A DNA stretch of 64,000 bases, taken from contig CAVRVY010000003.1 of NCBI GenBank assembly GCA_963724765.1, positions 512,001 to 576,000 of the forward strand, read 5' to 3'. A program made the position numbers and the translations under genes. Origin of the DNA: an uncultured delta proteobacterium. Its GTDB lineage: Bacteria > Desulfobacterota > Binatia > Binatales > Binataceae. The notes below the pieces were generated by a model. The model ran no database searches and was not told the origin of the DNA. It saw only the letters and a list, made by a program, of their open reading frames with translations. Below are positions 28,083 to 37,828 of the stretch, in pieces (the first letter of the stretch is position 1; each line of letters starts with the position of its first letter).

Positions 28083-28814
28083 ATGCGAGAGCGAACGTGC
28101 GCCCTGGTGGTGGTGGGCAATGAAGTCCTGTCAGGAAAGACACAGGACTCCAATTCGTATTTCGCTGCCCGCCAGTTGCGCGCCGTCGGCGTCGCGCTGC
28201 AACGGATCACGGTCATCCCCGACGAAATTCCGCTCATCGCTGAAGAGGTCAATTATTGCGCACGGCGCTACGACGTCGTGCTGACCTCCGGCGGCGTCGG
28301 CCCGACCCACGACGACGTCACGATGGACGGCGTCGCCGCGGCCTTCGGCCGCAGGCTCGCGATGCATCCGGAGCTCGAGCGCCTTATCCGCACGCACTTC
28401 GCCGATCGCCTTACGGCCGCCGCGCTCAAGATGGCGGCTGTGCCCGAAGGCGCCGTGCTTAATTCGGCGGGCGACCTGCGCTTTCCGACTATCCAGCTCG
28501 AGAACGTCTACATCCTGCCGGGCATCCCGCAAATCTTCGAGGCCAAGCTGAGCGCGCTGCTAGGCCGCTTCGCGACCTATCCTTATTACATGCGTACGAT
28601 CTATACTTCGGCCGGCGAGGGCGCGATTGCGGAACATCTTAACCAATGTCTTGCGCGCTACCCCGATCTTCTGCTGGGCTCTTATCCACGGGTCGGGGAT
28701 CCGGATTACCGGGTGAAGCTGACGCTCGAATCCAAGGACCGCGATTATCTGGAGCGAGCCTTTGCGCATTTGATCAGTCTTTTGCCGGGTGAGGTGGTGG
28801 TGAGGACCGAATAG
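28083..28814 (+). CDS. CinA-like molybdopterin-binding-domain protein
   Basis: GNEVLSGKTQDSN, TSGGVGPTHDDVT, LPGIP, GSYP. Confidence 0.88.
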   Translation: MRERTCALVVVGNEVLSGKTQDSNSYFAARQLRAVGVALQRITVIPDEIPLIAEEVNYCARRYDVVLTSGGVGPTHDDVTMDGVAAAFGRRLAMHPELERLIRTHFADRLTAAALKMAAVPEGAVLNSAGDLRFPTIQLENVYILPGIPQIFEAKLSALLGRFATYPYYMRTIYTSAGEGAIAEHLNQCLARYPDLLLGSYPRVGDPDYRVKLTLESKDRDYLERAFAHLISLLPGEVVVRTE

Positions 28815-28855
28815 TTTTTCATTCAGTCTATGTGGGGGAGGAGGAGGAAAGGGTT

Positions 28856-29506
28856 ATGAAGAAAGTTACGTGTCTGTTGGTGATGTTGGCGGCGGCGGCA
28901 ATAGCGCTGCCCGCGATGGCCCAGAGCCCGAATAACATCGGACAGAACCCCAATAACGCCGTCGTCGGCTCGCAGCCCGGCCAGGCGCAGGTGCCGCAGC
29001 CGTCCGATGGCAATGTCAACTGGAAGGGCGTGGGAATCGGCGCCGGCACCGTGGCCGGCAATATTCTGTACGTGCCCGCCAAGCTGGCCTACGGAATTCT
29101 CGGCGGAATTACCGGCGGAGCAAGCTACCTGCTGACCGGCGGCAATACGCAAACCGCCAATACCATCTGGCGCAGCTCGCTCGGCGGTGACTACGTGCTC
29201 ACGCCCGACATGGTAGCCGGACAGAAGCCGGTTCATTTCAGCGGGCCGACCATGACGACGCCACCGCCCGCGCCATCCACGTCGACGGCGGCGTCGGCAG
29301 GGAGCTCGGCGATGAACTGGACGCCGACGCAGTCTGCATCGTCAGCCGGGACGAGTTCGGTCAGCAGCGCGCCCATCGCCGGGAGTTCGACGACGGGCTC
29401 CGCGATGGCTCAGCCGGCGGATCATGGCACGGGGCCGGTTAGCTCGGGCAGAGCCACGAACGGCGGGGTCGCCGCGCCGCCGCTGCCGGGCACCAGTATC
29501 GAATAG
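28856..29506 (+). CDS. Hypothetical exported protein with a Gly-rich hydrophobic core and an S/T/P-rich tail
   Basis: Signal peptide MKKVTCLLVMLAAAAIALPAMA; strong GGAGG SD. Confidence 0.75.
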   Translation: MKKVTCLLVMLAAAAIALPAMAQSPNNIGQNPNNAVVGSQPGQAQVPQPSDGNVNWKGVGIGAGTVAGNILYVPAKLAYGILGGITGGASYLLTGGNTQTANTIWRSSLGGDYVLTPDMVAGQKPVHFSGPTMTTPPPAPSTSTAASAGSSAMNWTPTQSASSAGTSSVSSAPIAGSSTTGSAMAQPADHGTGPVSSGRATNGGVAAPPLPGTSIE

Positions 29507-29634
29507 ACTGGCAGAGTCCTGCGGTTGACCTGAGGCGAATTCCGGCGCTCTCGCGATGCGGGAGGGACGCCGGGATTCGCGAAGTTGCTCCCGGCTTGAA
29601 TTAATTTAGGCGACTAAGAACAGAAATAGCCCAA

Positions 29635-29985
29635 ATGAAGCAGGCACGTTTTCTCTGGAAATCGACCTGAACCACCTGCCGCAACGCAAGAGGTTTCTTG
29701 CGTGACGAACTAAAGGTGGAACTCGACGAGCGCGACTACGCCAAAGCGCCGCTCGGCGCGGGAGAGCTGAAGGCTCTTTTCGCCGGACGCGACCCGCGCG
29801 ACTTCCTCAACCCGAAGAGTCCGGTTTTCAAGGCGATGGGGCTCAAGGACAGGAAATTGACAGCGGCCGAGGCGCTGGCGCTGATGGCGAAAGAACCGAA
29901 CCTGATCAAACGTCCGCTGATCGTCGCGGGCGGCGAAATCGTCGCCGGCTTCGACCGGGAGCGCTTGCGCGCGCTGCTATCGTAG
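29635..29985 (+). CDS. ArsC/Spx-family thioredoxin-fold selenoprotein (UxxC, Sec at TGA 29668-29670)
   Basis: MKQARFLWKST-UGA-TTCRNARGFL... is in frame with ORF 29698..29985 (PNLIKRPLIV...GFD); SECIS-like hairpin downstream. Confidence 0.85.
29684..29703 (+). promoter_or_regulatory. Bacterial SECIS-like hairpin
   Basis: Perfect 8-bp stem ACGCAAGA/TCTTGCGT with a GGTT loop; the loop starts 22 nt after the UGA. Confidence 0.75.
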
Positions 29986-30074
29986 GATTTTTCGCTCGCG
30001 GAATTTTGCGCGGAATTTTGTTTGACGGGACTCGCGGCGCGCGGACCGCGCCCCACTGTTTGGGCAGTGGGCCG

Positions 30075-31130
30075 CTACGCGCGTTCAGCTCGCTCGGCTT
30101 TATCGGCGCGCTCGGGCTTCTCGGGCTTTTCGGACTTGTCGGCTCTTTCAGACTTGTCGGCTCTTTCTAACTTGTCGGCGCGCTCGGCGCGAGCCTCACT
30201 GCGGCTGTTATTGCCTTCGCCCTTCTCGGCGCGCGTCCCCGGTGAATGAATCTTCGCCGTGGTCAGAACCTCGACGAATTTCCGCACCGCCGGCGAAAGC
30301 TCCCGTCCGCGCTTGTAGATAATGGCGAGCGGTCGGGTAAAGGTGCCCTCGGCAAATTCGAGCATCTTGAGCGAGCCCCGGGTAGTCTCGTGCTCGACCG
30401 TGGACAGCGGCACAATCGCCACGCCCTGTCCGATTTCGACCGCGCGCTTGATGGTCTCGATGTTGTCGAACTCCATCGTGTACTGGGGCTTAACGCCGTA
30501 TTCGCGCAAAATGCGGTCGGAAGCCTTGCGGGTGGCGATATCGCGTTCGTAGCCGACGAATTTCTGCCCAACCAGGTCGCTCACGCTGACCTTGTTATGC
30601 TTGGCCAAAGGGTCGTCGGGCGGGACCACCAGCACCAGTTCGTCATGCCGAAAGGCGATCGTAACGATCTGGCTGCGCTTGGCCGGGTAGGCGACCACGC
30701 CGAGATCGATTTTACCCTCGACTAGGTCCTCATAAATCTTGTTGGAGCGCAGGTACTCCAGATGCACGTTTACTTGTGGGTAAGTGCGCAGGAACTCGGT
30801 CAGGTATGGCGGTAACTCGTGCAATCCGACGCTATAGACCGTGCCGACCCGGATCGAACCCGCCACCACCGAACCGATTTCGCGCAGCCGGTTTTCCAAC
30901 TCCATAAATCGGCGCACGATTTCCTTGCTCGAGTTATAGAGTATCTGCCCGGCCGGAGTCGGTTTGACACCCGCGCGCGCCCGTTCTAACAATCGACACT
31001 CGTACTTCTCCTCCAGGCTGCGCACTTGCTGGCTGACCGCCGACTGGGTGACGAAGTTTTGCGAGGCGGCATAAGAAACGCTGCCGCTCTCGATGATGTC
31101 GCAGAAGACCTTAAGTGTCTCGATATGCAT
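30075..31130 (-). CDS. LysR-family transcriptional regulator with a charged repetitive C-terminal tail
   Basis: HTH SGSVSYAA....TQSAVSQQVRSLEE, PTPAGQ.LY, MEFDNIETIKRAVEIGQG. Confidence 0.92.
   Translation of the reverse strand: MHIETLKVFCDIIESGSVSYAASQNFVTQSAVSQQVRSLEEKYECRLLERARAGVKPTPAGQILYNSSKEIVRRFMELENRLREIGSVVAGSIRVGTVYSVGLHELPPYLTEFLRTYPQVNVHLEYLRSNKIYEDLVEGKIDLGVVAYPAKRSQIVTIAFRHDELVLVVPPDDPLAKHNKVSVSDLVGQKFVGYERDIATRKASDRILREYGVKPQYTMEFDNIETIKRAVEIGQGVAIVPLSTVEHETTRGSLKMLEFAEGTFTRPLAIIYKRGRELSPAVRKFVEVLTTAKIHSPGTRAEKGEGNNSRSEARAERADKLERADKSERADKSEKPEKPERADKAERAERA
30078..30195 (-). repeat. Coding 9/18-bp tandem repeats (ERADK[S/L/A], EKP)
   Basis: acttgtcggctctttc repeated; cgggcttctcgggctttt. 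Confidence 0.7.
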
Positions 31131-31247
31131 ACGAATTAGGTTCTTATATAAGGTTAATTGATACCTGGAGCGGAGGCAATATGGCCGCCGGCTGCCGCAA
31201 TTGACCCTCCAGTTACTGCCCCGGCATTTCTTCTCAGGAGTCACAAG

Positions 31248-32417
31248 ATGGCGGATTCATTAAAAGATTTGGATTTTTTTGACCTTGACGAGATGCTCGG
31301 CCATGAGGAACGGATGGTCCGCGATATGGTACGCCAGTTCGTCCAGCGCGAGGTCCTCCCGACTATTGAGCGCAACTTTGCCAGCGAAACTTTCCCCAAG
31401 GAGCTGGTGCCGCAGATGGCCGAGCTTGGATTTTTCGGCGCTAATCTCAAGGGTTACGGATGCGCCGGCATGAACAACATCGCCTACGGCCTGATCATGC
31501 AGGAACTCGAGGCCGGCGACTCGGGCTTGCGCTCGTTCGCTTCTGTGCAAAGCGCGCTCGCGATGTACTCGATTTACGCGTGGGGCTCGGAGGCGCAAAA
31601 ACGCCGCTACCTGCCCGAGATGGCCAAGGGCAAGCTTATCGGATGCTTCGGACTGACCGAGCCCGACCATGGCTCGGACCCCGGCGGGATGGAGACGCGG
31701 GCGCGGCGCGACGGCGACGGATGGGTGCTCAACGGGACCAAGCGCTGGATCACCAACGGCTCGATCGCCGACGTGGCGGTGGTCTACGCCAAGGTTCCCG
31801 AGGGCATCACCGGCTTCCTAGTCGAACGCGGCAAGCCCGGCTTCACCACTAGCGACATCCATGGCAAGTTCTCGATGCGCTCGTCGATAACTTCAGAACT
31901 GGTATTTGAGGATGTCCGGCTTGATGATTCCGCGCGACTACCCGAGGCGCGCGGCCTGCGCGCGCCGCTCTCCTGCCTGACGCAAGCGCGTTACGGAATT
32001 TCATGGGGCGCGATCGGCGCCGCGCGTAGCTGTTATCATTGCGCGCTGGACTATACCAAGTCGCGCAAGCAGTTCGCGCGTCCGCTCGCCGGCTATCAAT
32101 TGGTCCAGAACAAGCTGGTGACGATGCTCACCGAGATCACCAAGGCGCAACTGATATGCCTGCGTCTGGGGCAGCTCAAGGACGCGGACAGGATGCGGCC
32201 CGAACAGGTATCGTTTGCCAAGCGCAACAACGTCGGGATGGCCCTGGATGTCGCGCGGATGGCCCGCGACATGCTGGGCGCCAATGGAATCGTGAACGAG
32301 TACCCGGTCATCCGCCACATGCTGAACCTGGAAACGGTCAACACCTACGAAGGCGCCTTCGACGTGCAGACGCTGGTGCTGGGCCGCGACATCACCGGGC
32401 TTAGCGCTTTCGACTGA
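31248..32417 (+). CDS. gcdH: Acyl-CoA dehydrogenase, glutaryl-CoA dehydrogenase-like
   Basis: DSGLRSFASVQS, GCFGLTEPDHGSDP, KRWITNG, CLTQARYGISWG, LGANGI..EY, VNTYEG. Confidence 0.85.
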   Translation: MADSLKDLDFFDLDEMLGHEERMVRDMVRQFVQREVLPTIERNFASETFPKELVPQMAELGFFGANLKGYGCAGMNNIAYGLIMQELEAGDSGLRSFASVQSALAMYSIYAWGSEAQKRRYLPEMAKGKLIGCFGLTEPDHGSDPGGMETRARRDGDGWVLNGTKRWITNGSIADVAVVYAKVPEGITGFLVERGKPGFTTSDIHGKFSMRSSITSELVFEDVRLDDSARLPEARGLRAPLSCLTQARYGISWGAIGAARSCYHCALDYTKSRKQFARPLAGYQLVQNKLVTMLTEITKAQLICLRLGQLKDADRMRPEQVSFAKRNNVGMALDVARMARDMLGANGIVNEYPVIRHMLNLETVNTYEGAFDVQTLVLGRDITGLSAFD

Positions 32418-32514
32418 GCGGTCGGCGCAAATCGGCTTGAGGAATTGGCGGTGACGGTATCGGGAATTTGAAGTATCCTGAACCGGCTGATAGTTACCCG
32501 CAGGAGGTGACGGT

Positions 32515-33048
32515 ATGCCTTCGTTCGTTCCGATCAACGGACTGCATCATTTCGCCTATCGATGCCGCGACGCGGAGGAGACTCGCCACTTTTACGAGGA
32601 CATCCTGGGCCTGCCACTGGTCCACGTCATCCGCCAGGACCGGGTGCCGAGCACGCGGGAGTATTGCCCGCACGCGCATATCTTCTTTCGCATGACCGAC
32701 GGCTCCTGCGTCGCATTCTTCGATCTCGGCGACAACCAAATCGCCGCAGCTTCGCCCAACACACCCGAATGGGTGAACCATCTCGCGCTGCGCGTAGGTT
32801 CGCTCGCCGAACTGGACGCCGCGCGCACGCGGCTTGAGGCCGCCGGTATCGACGTGCTCGGCCCGACCGACCATCACTTCATCAAGTCGATCTATTTCTT
32901 CGACCCCAACGGGATTCGGCTGGAGCTGACCACCCCGGTCATCGCCGCCACTGACCCGACGCTTGCGAGGTACGAGCGCGACGCCCACGACGAACTGGCG
33001 GCGTGGGAGCGCGAGAAGAGTCAGCGCCATTGCGCCGAGGTCCGCTAG
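32515..33048 (+). CDS. VOC/glyoxalase family protein
   Basis: LHHFAYRCRDAEETRHFYEDILG, NHLAL, SIYFFDPNGIRLE. Confidence 0.9.
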   Translation: MPSFVPINGLHHFAYRCRDAEETRHFYEDILGLPLVHVIRQDRVPSTREYCPHAHIFFRMTDGSCVAFFDLGDNQIAAASPNTPEWVNHLALRVGSLAELDAARTRLEAAGIDVLGPTDHHFIKSIYFFDPNGIRLELTTPVIAATDPTLARYERDAHDELAAWEREKSQRHCAEVR

Positions 33049-33097
33049 CGCCGCGAGCGAGGACGGCCGTCTGCACGGCCCTGGCGGGACGCGATCG

Positions 33098-33979
33098 TCA
33101 AATCGAGCGGGCTCGTTCGACCGCCGGCGCGAGGCGGCGCACCGCTTCGAGTGCTTTTCCGTCGGCGGACTCCGCGATCATTTTCTGCGAGAGAAAGATG
33201 AGCCGGCTCGCGCCGGCCTCGCGGTAGCGCTTCACCTCGTCGGGCGACGGGCCATACTCGCCGGGGTCGACCAGCGGCGATATCTGGATCGAGCCGGGGT
33301 CGCGGCCGCGCTCGGCCGTGAGCCTGCGGAGTTCGACGACATTGGCTTTCAACTCCTCGGCGCTCGCGACCAGCGGCATCCATCCGTCATACGTGCGCGC
33401 CACCCGCTCCAAGCCCTTGGGGCCATGCGCTCCGAGCAGCACGGGTGGACCCGCCTTCTGAATCGGCTTGGGCTCCGAACGGAGCGCCGGAAACTTGATG
33501 ATCTCGCCCTGGTAGGAAGCCTCGCGCTGGGTCCACAGGATACGCATCGCCTCGACCGTTTCGCGCGTGCGTTTCCATCGCTGGCCGAAGTTCGCACCCA
33601 TCGCCTCGGTTTCCTCGCGCAGCCATCCGGCGCCGACGCCCATCAGAAACCGGCCGCCGGAAAAGAGATCGAGGCTCGCCGCGACCTTCGCCGTCATCAG
33701 CGTCTCGCGTTCCGGCAGCAGGCAAACTCCCGTGCCGAGCTTGATCTTTTTGGTCACGGCCGCGGCGATAGTGAGCGCGATGAACGGATCGGCCCATCGC
33801 GCATAATGGTCGGGAAGCTTGTGGTCAGGTGTGAAAGGAAACGGGGTCTTCATGCCGACCGGGATCACTGGATGCTCCGCCATCCAGAGCGATTCGTAAC
33901 CCAATTGCTCGACGGTACGAGCGATCTCGGCGAGGTCGCCACATTGCGCCGTCGCCGCCATCAAAAAGCCGATGTCCAT
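33098..33979 (-). CDS. LLM-class F420-dependent oxidoreductase
   Basis: GYESLWMAEH, DPFIAL, SLDLFSGGRF..GVGAGWLREE; paralogue of 2263..3135. Confidence 0.88.
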   Translation of the reverse strand: MDIGFLMAATAQCGDLAEIARTVEQLGYESLWMAEHPVIPVGMKTPFPFTPDHKLPDHYARWADPFIALTIAAAVTKKIKLGTGVCLLPERETLMTAKVAASLDLFSGGRFLMGVGAGWLREETEAMGANFGQRWKRTRETVEAMRILWTQREASYQGEIIKFPALRSEPKPIQKAGPPVLLGAHGPKGLERVARTYDGWMPLVASAEELKANVVELRRLTAERGRDPGSIQISPLVDPGEYGPSPDEVKRYREAGASRLIFLSQKMIAESADGKALEAVRRLAPAVERARSI

Positions 33980-34131
33980 TCTTTATATTCCTTGTCGTAT
34001 ATGGCTGGCTGAAATCCGTTCGAAGTCAGACTTGGATATACCTCAGCTTGCCGGCCTTTGCACGCGAGCGACGCGGGGTCTGCCCCGGCCCACGTCCGGC
34101 GTGCTAAATAGCGTGACGGAGGACAGGCGCG

Positions 34132-34950
34132 ATGGAACTCAAGGGCAAAAACGCGATCGTCACCGGGGCGGCGCGAGGAATTGGGCGCGGTATCGCGCTC
34201 AAGCTCGCCGCGGCCGGCGCCAACGTGGCGCTGGTCGACCTTGGTAGTCCCAAGGACCCGGCGCTGACCTACAACCTCGCTGCGCATGGCGAACTCGCGA
34301 GCGCGGTCGACGAGATAAAGTCGCACGGCGTCAAGGCCGCGGCGATCCTGGCCGACGTGACGCGTCTAGCCGACTGCGAGCGGATGGCCGCCGAGACCGT
34401 GAAGGCGCTGGGCTCGCTCGACATCCTGGTCAACAACGCCGGCATCGTCGCGGTCGGACCGGTGGCCGAGTTTTCCGAGCAGGCGTGGGACCGCGTGATG
34501 GCGGTCAACGCCAAGGGACCTTTTTTGTGCTCCAAGGCCGCGATTCCACACCTCTTGCGCAACAAGGAAGGCGCGATCGTCAATATCGCGTCGATCGCCG
34601 GAAAGACTTCGCGCGGCGGCCTCTCAGCGTATTGCGCGAGCAAGTTCGCGGTGATGGCGCTCACGCAGGCGCTCGCCGAAGAACTCGGCCCGGCCAACAT
34701 CAGGGTCAACGCGGTATGTCCGGGACTGCTGCGCACCGCGATGTGGACCGACGTGCTGAATCAGTACCTGAGCAAAGCGTGGGGCGGTGGCAACGCCGAG
34801 TCGATGTTCGACAATGCCGTCGGCAGCATGTGCTACCTGCGCCGCGAACAGACGCCCGCGGATATCGGCGAGGCGGTGGTTTACCTGGCGCGGGCCGACA
34901 ACGTAACCGGCACTTCGCTGGTGGTGGCGGGCGGCGCGGAAATTCATTAG
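34132..34950 (+). CDS. SDR oxidoreductase with a mycofactocin-SDR-like insertion
   Basis: TGAARGIG, NNAG, YCASK; insertion DLGSPKDPALTYNLAAHGEL. Confidence 0.88.
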   Translation: MELKGKNAIVTGAARGIGRGIALKLAAAGANVALVDLGSPKDPALTYNLAAHGELASAVDEIKSHGVKAAAILADVTRLADCERMAAETVKALGSLDILVNNAGIVAVGPVAEFSEQAWDRVMAVNAKGPFLCSKAAIPHLLRNKEGAIVNIASIAGKTSRGGLSAYCASKFAVMALTQALAEELGPANIRVNAVCPGLLRTAMWTDVLNQYLSKAWGGGNAESMFDNAVGSMCYLRREQTPADIGEAVVYLARADNVTGTSLVVAGGAEIH

Positions 34951-35034
34951 AAGTGCTTTATAGGGGAACTGCGCATCGCAAGCGGCGCCATGCGACGGTT
35001 CGCGCGTAAATCCGGCGCCGCCCAGGAGGTCCAG

Positions 35035-35427
35035 ATGCATAAGCCGACTGATTTTTCTCATGCCGCGTTCAGGATCGCCGACGTCGACAAGAGCCGCGAA
35101 TTCTACGAGAAGGTGCTCGGCCTCAAGCCGATCCCGCGCCCCGACTTCAGTTTCAAGGGGATGTGGTACGGAATCGGCAGCGGACAGATCCATCTGATCG
35201 TCAGCAAGAAGCACGACGGCCCCGACCCGACCGGTCCGCATATCGCGATCGAGGTCGACGATCTCGACGCGACCAAGGCCTCGCTGAAGGAAATGGGCGT
35301 GCCGTTCCTCGACGGTGACGCGATGCGCGCAACGCTCAAGGAAGAAGACCGGCGCCGCCTCGGCCGTCAGATCTGGGTGCTCGACCCGGATGGCAACACG
35401 GTCGAGTTGCGTAAAAGCGACATGTAG
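35035..35427 (+). CDS. VOC/glyoxalase family protein
   Basis: HAAFRIADVDKSREFYEKVLG, HIAIEVDD, DPDGNTVEL; GGAGG SD. Confidence 0.9.
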   Translation: MHKPTDFSHAAFRIADVDKSREFYEKVLGLKPIPRPDFSFKGMWYGIGSGQIHLIVSKKHDGPDPTGPHIAIEVDDLDATKASLKEMGVPFLDGDAMRATLKEEDRRRLGRQIWVLDPDGNTVELRKSDM

Positions 35428-35642
35428 GCCGCACGCTCGCGGCTTTCCGGACCCTCCTGCAACCGCGCGGAAAGTGCATGGAAAAGTTTCCCTGCCCTTA
35501 CCTGCGGGGCGAGGTGGGAGTTGAGCGAAGGCCGCGAGCACCACATCGCGGAGCGCCATCCTTGCGAAATGATCTGTTTGAGCTGCCGGTGACGGCAGAT
35601 CTCCGCCTGGTCGCCAACGAGTAGCATTCCCGGGGTATTTCG

Positions 35643-36092
35643 ATGCCCAACATCAAGTCGATTTTTCACATCAACGTCAACGTCACTGATTTCGAGCGCT
35701 CGCTGAAATTTTACGAGATGCTCGGTTTCCACGTGGTGCGCGACTTCGGTGACTTTGGCGACGCGCACTTGGCGCGCGGGCTCGGCGCGCAGGAATGCCG
35801 CGGACGCGCGGTGCTGATGATTCTCGGCGACGATTTGCATACGACGCGCCTGGACCTTATCGAATGGAAGGTTCCCCCGACCGAGGGCCGCCCCTACCCG
35901 CATCTGTTCAATGCCGGCTTCTGCCGTATCGCGCTGCGCACCAAAACGCTGCGCACCGACTACGAGGAGCTCAAGAACCGCGGCGTGAAGTTTCTCTCCG
36001 AGCCGCAAATGTTCCATGCGTTGGACAGCGAGGCAGGCTTCGTCTGCATGACCGACCCGGACGGAACGGTCGTCGAACTAATCCAGACCTGA
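35643..36092 (+). CDS. VOC/glyoxalase family protein
   Basis: HINVNVTDFERSLKFYE.LG, DPDGTVVEL. Confidence 0.88.
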   Translation: MPNIKSIFHINVNVTDFERSLKFYEMLGFHVVRDFGDFGDAHLARGLGAQECRGRAVLMILGDDLHTTRLDLIEWKVPPTEGRPYPHLFNAGFCRIALRTKTLRTDYEELKNRGVKFLSEPQMFHALDSEAGFVCMTDPDGTVVELIQT

Positions 36093-36163
36093 GATGCGGT
36101 CCTGAGATGAGAATGAGATTGCAGGCCTCAAACCTCTGACGCTGCCCGCCAGAGGTTCCGGTC

Positions 36164-37594
36164 TCACACTCCCGCGAGCTTGCGCGCGTAGGCCGCCACG
36201 CTCTTGAAATCGTACTCGCGGTAGGCCTGGAGCTTTTCCGCCTCGAAGCCGCCCTCGGCGTGCACCGCCAAAACCTCCTGGTAGCCGCCGAAATCCGACG
36301 CCGTCAGATCGCCGATCAGATTGAGCAGCCGCAGGCGCTTCTCGGCGTCGAAGCCCTTGGCGCCGCCCATGTACTTCAGCACGTACGCGCGCGTCGCCTC
36401 GCTGGTCAAATCCTCGGCCGCCGGCGCCGTGACCAGCAGTCCGCCCGCGAGGTCCTGCACGATTTGCACCGCCTGATGGTAGTTGTGCGCGAAATGGTAC
36501 TTGGCGATGTTGGTGAGCAGCGTGTTGGGCACCGCGAGCCCGTCCTCGATGGTGCAAGAGTTGGCCGCATGTTCGATGAGCCCGCGCACGGTCGCGTGAT
36601 AGGCGGCCAGATGGGTTAGCTTGTCGCGCACGTGGGCCGCGCGCAGCACGCCGTTGGCCTCGGCGATCGCGTAGCCCGCCCCCGCCATCAATTCGAGCAG
36701 CGGCAGCTTGTATGAGACCGCGGTGAAGCGATGGTAGCGCACGAAGGTCAGCGCCAGCAGTCCTGCAAAATCGATCTCGCCGCACAGGAAGACGCGCTCC
36801 CTGGGCACGAAGACGTTGTCGAACACGGTCAACGTCTCCATCATCTTGTGCCCCGCGCTCAGCGGATGCTCGAACTGATTCTTGGGGCTCGAGCCGTGCG
36901 GGCTCGCGATAAGCTTGAGGCCGGGCGTGTTGATCGGCAGCGCGAAGGCGACCGCATAGGCCTTGTCCTCGGCCTTCATCGCGCGCGTCGGCAGTACGAT
37001 GACCTCGTTGGTGTTGGTCGAAACGGAGGTATGGACCTTGGCGCCGCTTACCACGATACCGTCGGGACGCTCCTCGACCACGCGCACGTAATAGTCGGGA
37101 TGATCCTGCGCGGTGGGTCCGAGCGAGCGGTCGCCCTTGACGTCGGTCTGCGCCACCGCGACCGCGAGGTCGTTGTCGCGACAGTAGCGATGGTACTTGG
37201 CGACGCGCTCGCGGTACTCGGGCTTTCCCGCAGCCGCCATCCGCTCGCCCAGGATGTGGAGCGCGTAGAGCGCGTCGGTGCCGATCTCCTTGATCAGCAC
37301 GACCAGCGTCGCGCCTTCGCGGGTCGAGGCCGCTATAAGCTCACTGCGCTTGAGCAGGTCATCGGAGTTGCGCGGCAGATGGAAGTAGCGGCTGTACTCG
37401 CCGCCGCCGTCGCGCATCACGGCGAGGGGACGGTACTTGGGATCTTCGGCCATCCGGTAGTCGATACAGGCGTGCTCGACCGCGATTCCGATCACGGGAT
37501 CTTTGGTAACGTCGGCGACTTTTTCGCCGCGCAAATAAACCGCGCGCCCGTCGCGCAGCGATTCCTTGTACTGCTCCGGTGTTCTCAGTCCCAT
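36164..37594 (-). CDS. 4-hydroxyphenylacetate 3-hydroxylase / 4-hydroxybutyryl-CoA dehydratase family flavoprotein
   Basis: LRTPEQYKESLRDGR.VY..GE, AQTDVKGDRS, GIVVSGAKVH, VFDNVFVPRERVF, DLAGG. Confidence 0.85.
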   Translation of the reverse strand: MGLRTPEQYKESLRDGRAVYLRGEKVADVTKDPVIGIAVEHACIDYRMAEDPKYRPLAVMRDGGGEYSRYFHLPRNSDDLLKRSELIAASTREGATLVVLIKEIGTDALYALHILGERMAAAGKPEYRERVAKYHRYCRDNDLAVAVAQTDVKGDRSLGPTAQDHPDYYVRVVEERPDGIVVSGAKVHTSVSTNTNEVIVLPTRAMKAEDKAYAVAFALPINTPGLKLIASPHGSSPKNQFEHPLSAGHKMMETLTVFDNVFVPRERVFLCGEIDFAGLLALTFVRYHRFTAVSYKLPLLELMAGAGYAIAEANGVLRAAHVRDKLTHLAAYHATVRGLIEHAANSCTIEDGLAVPNTLLTNIAKYHFAHNYHQAVQIVQDLAGGLLVTAPAAEDLTSEATRAYVLKYMGGAKGFDAEKRLRLLNLIGDLTASDFGGYQEVLAVHAEGGFEAEKLQAYREYDFKSVAAYARKLAGV

Positions 37595-37828
37595 CGTGAT
37601 TCACCCTGTTCCCTGCTGATTTCGCGCCGCCGCCGCGCGCCTCGCGGCACTCGACTTGGACAACTCCGACAGGCCAATATAGGAGCCTGCGGCGGCCACG
37701 TCCAACAGACGCGAGCAACGATCGACGGACGCAGGTAGCGTTCAGAAGAAGCAAGACCGTCCGCGCCGGCGCGCACCGGCCATCGGCCAGCGCCATACAA
37801 CCAGTTTTGCTACATGGGGGGTCAGGCG

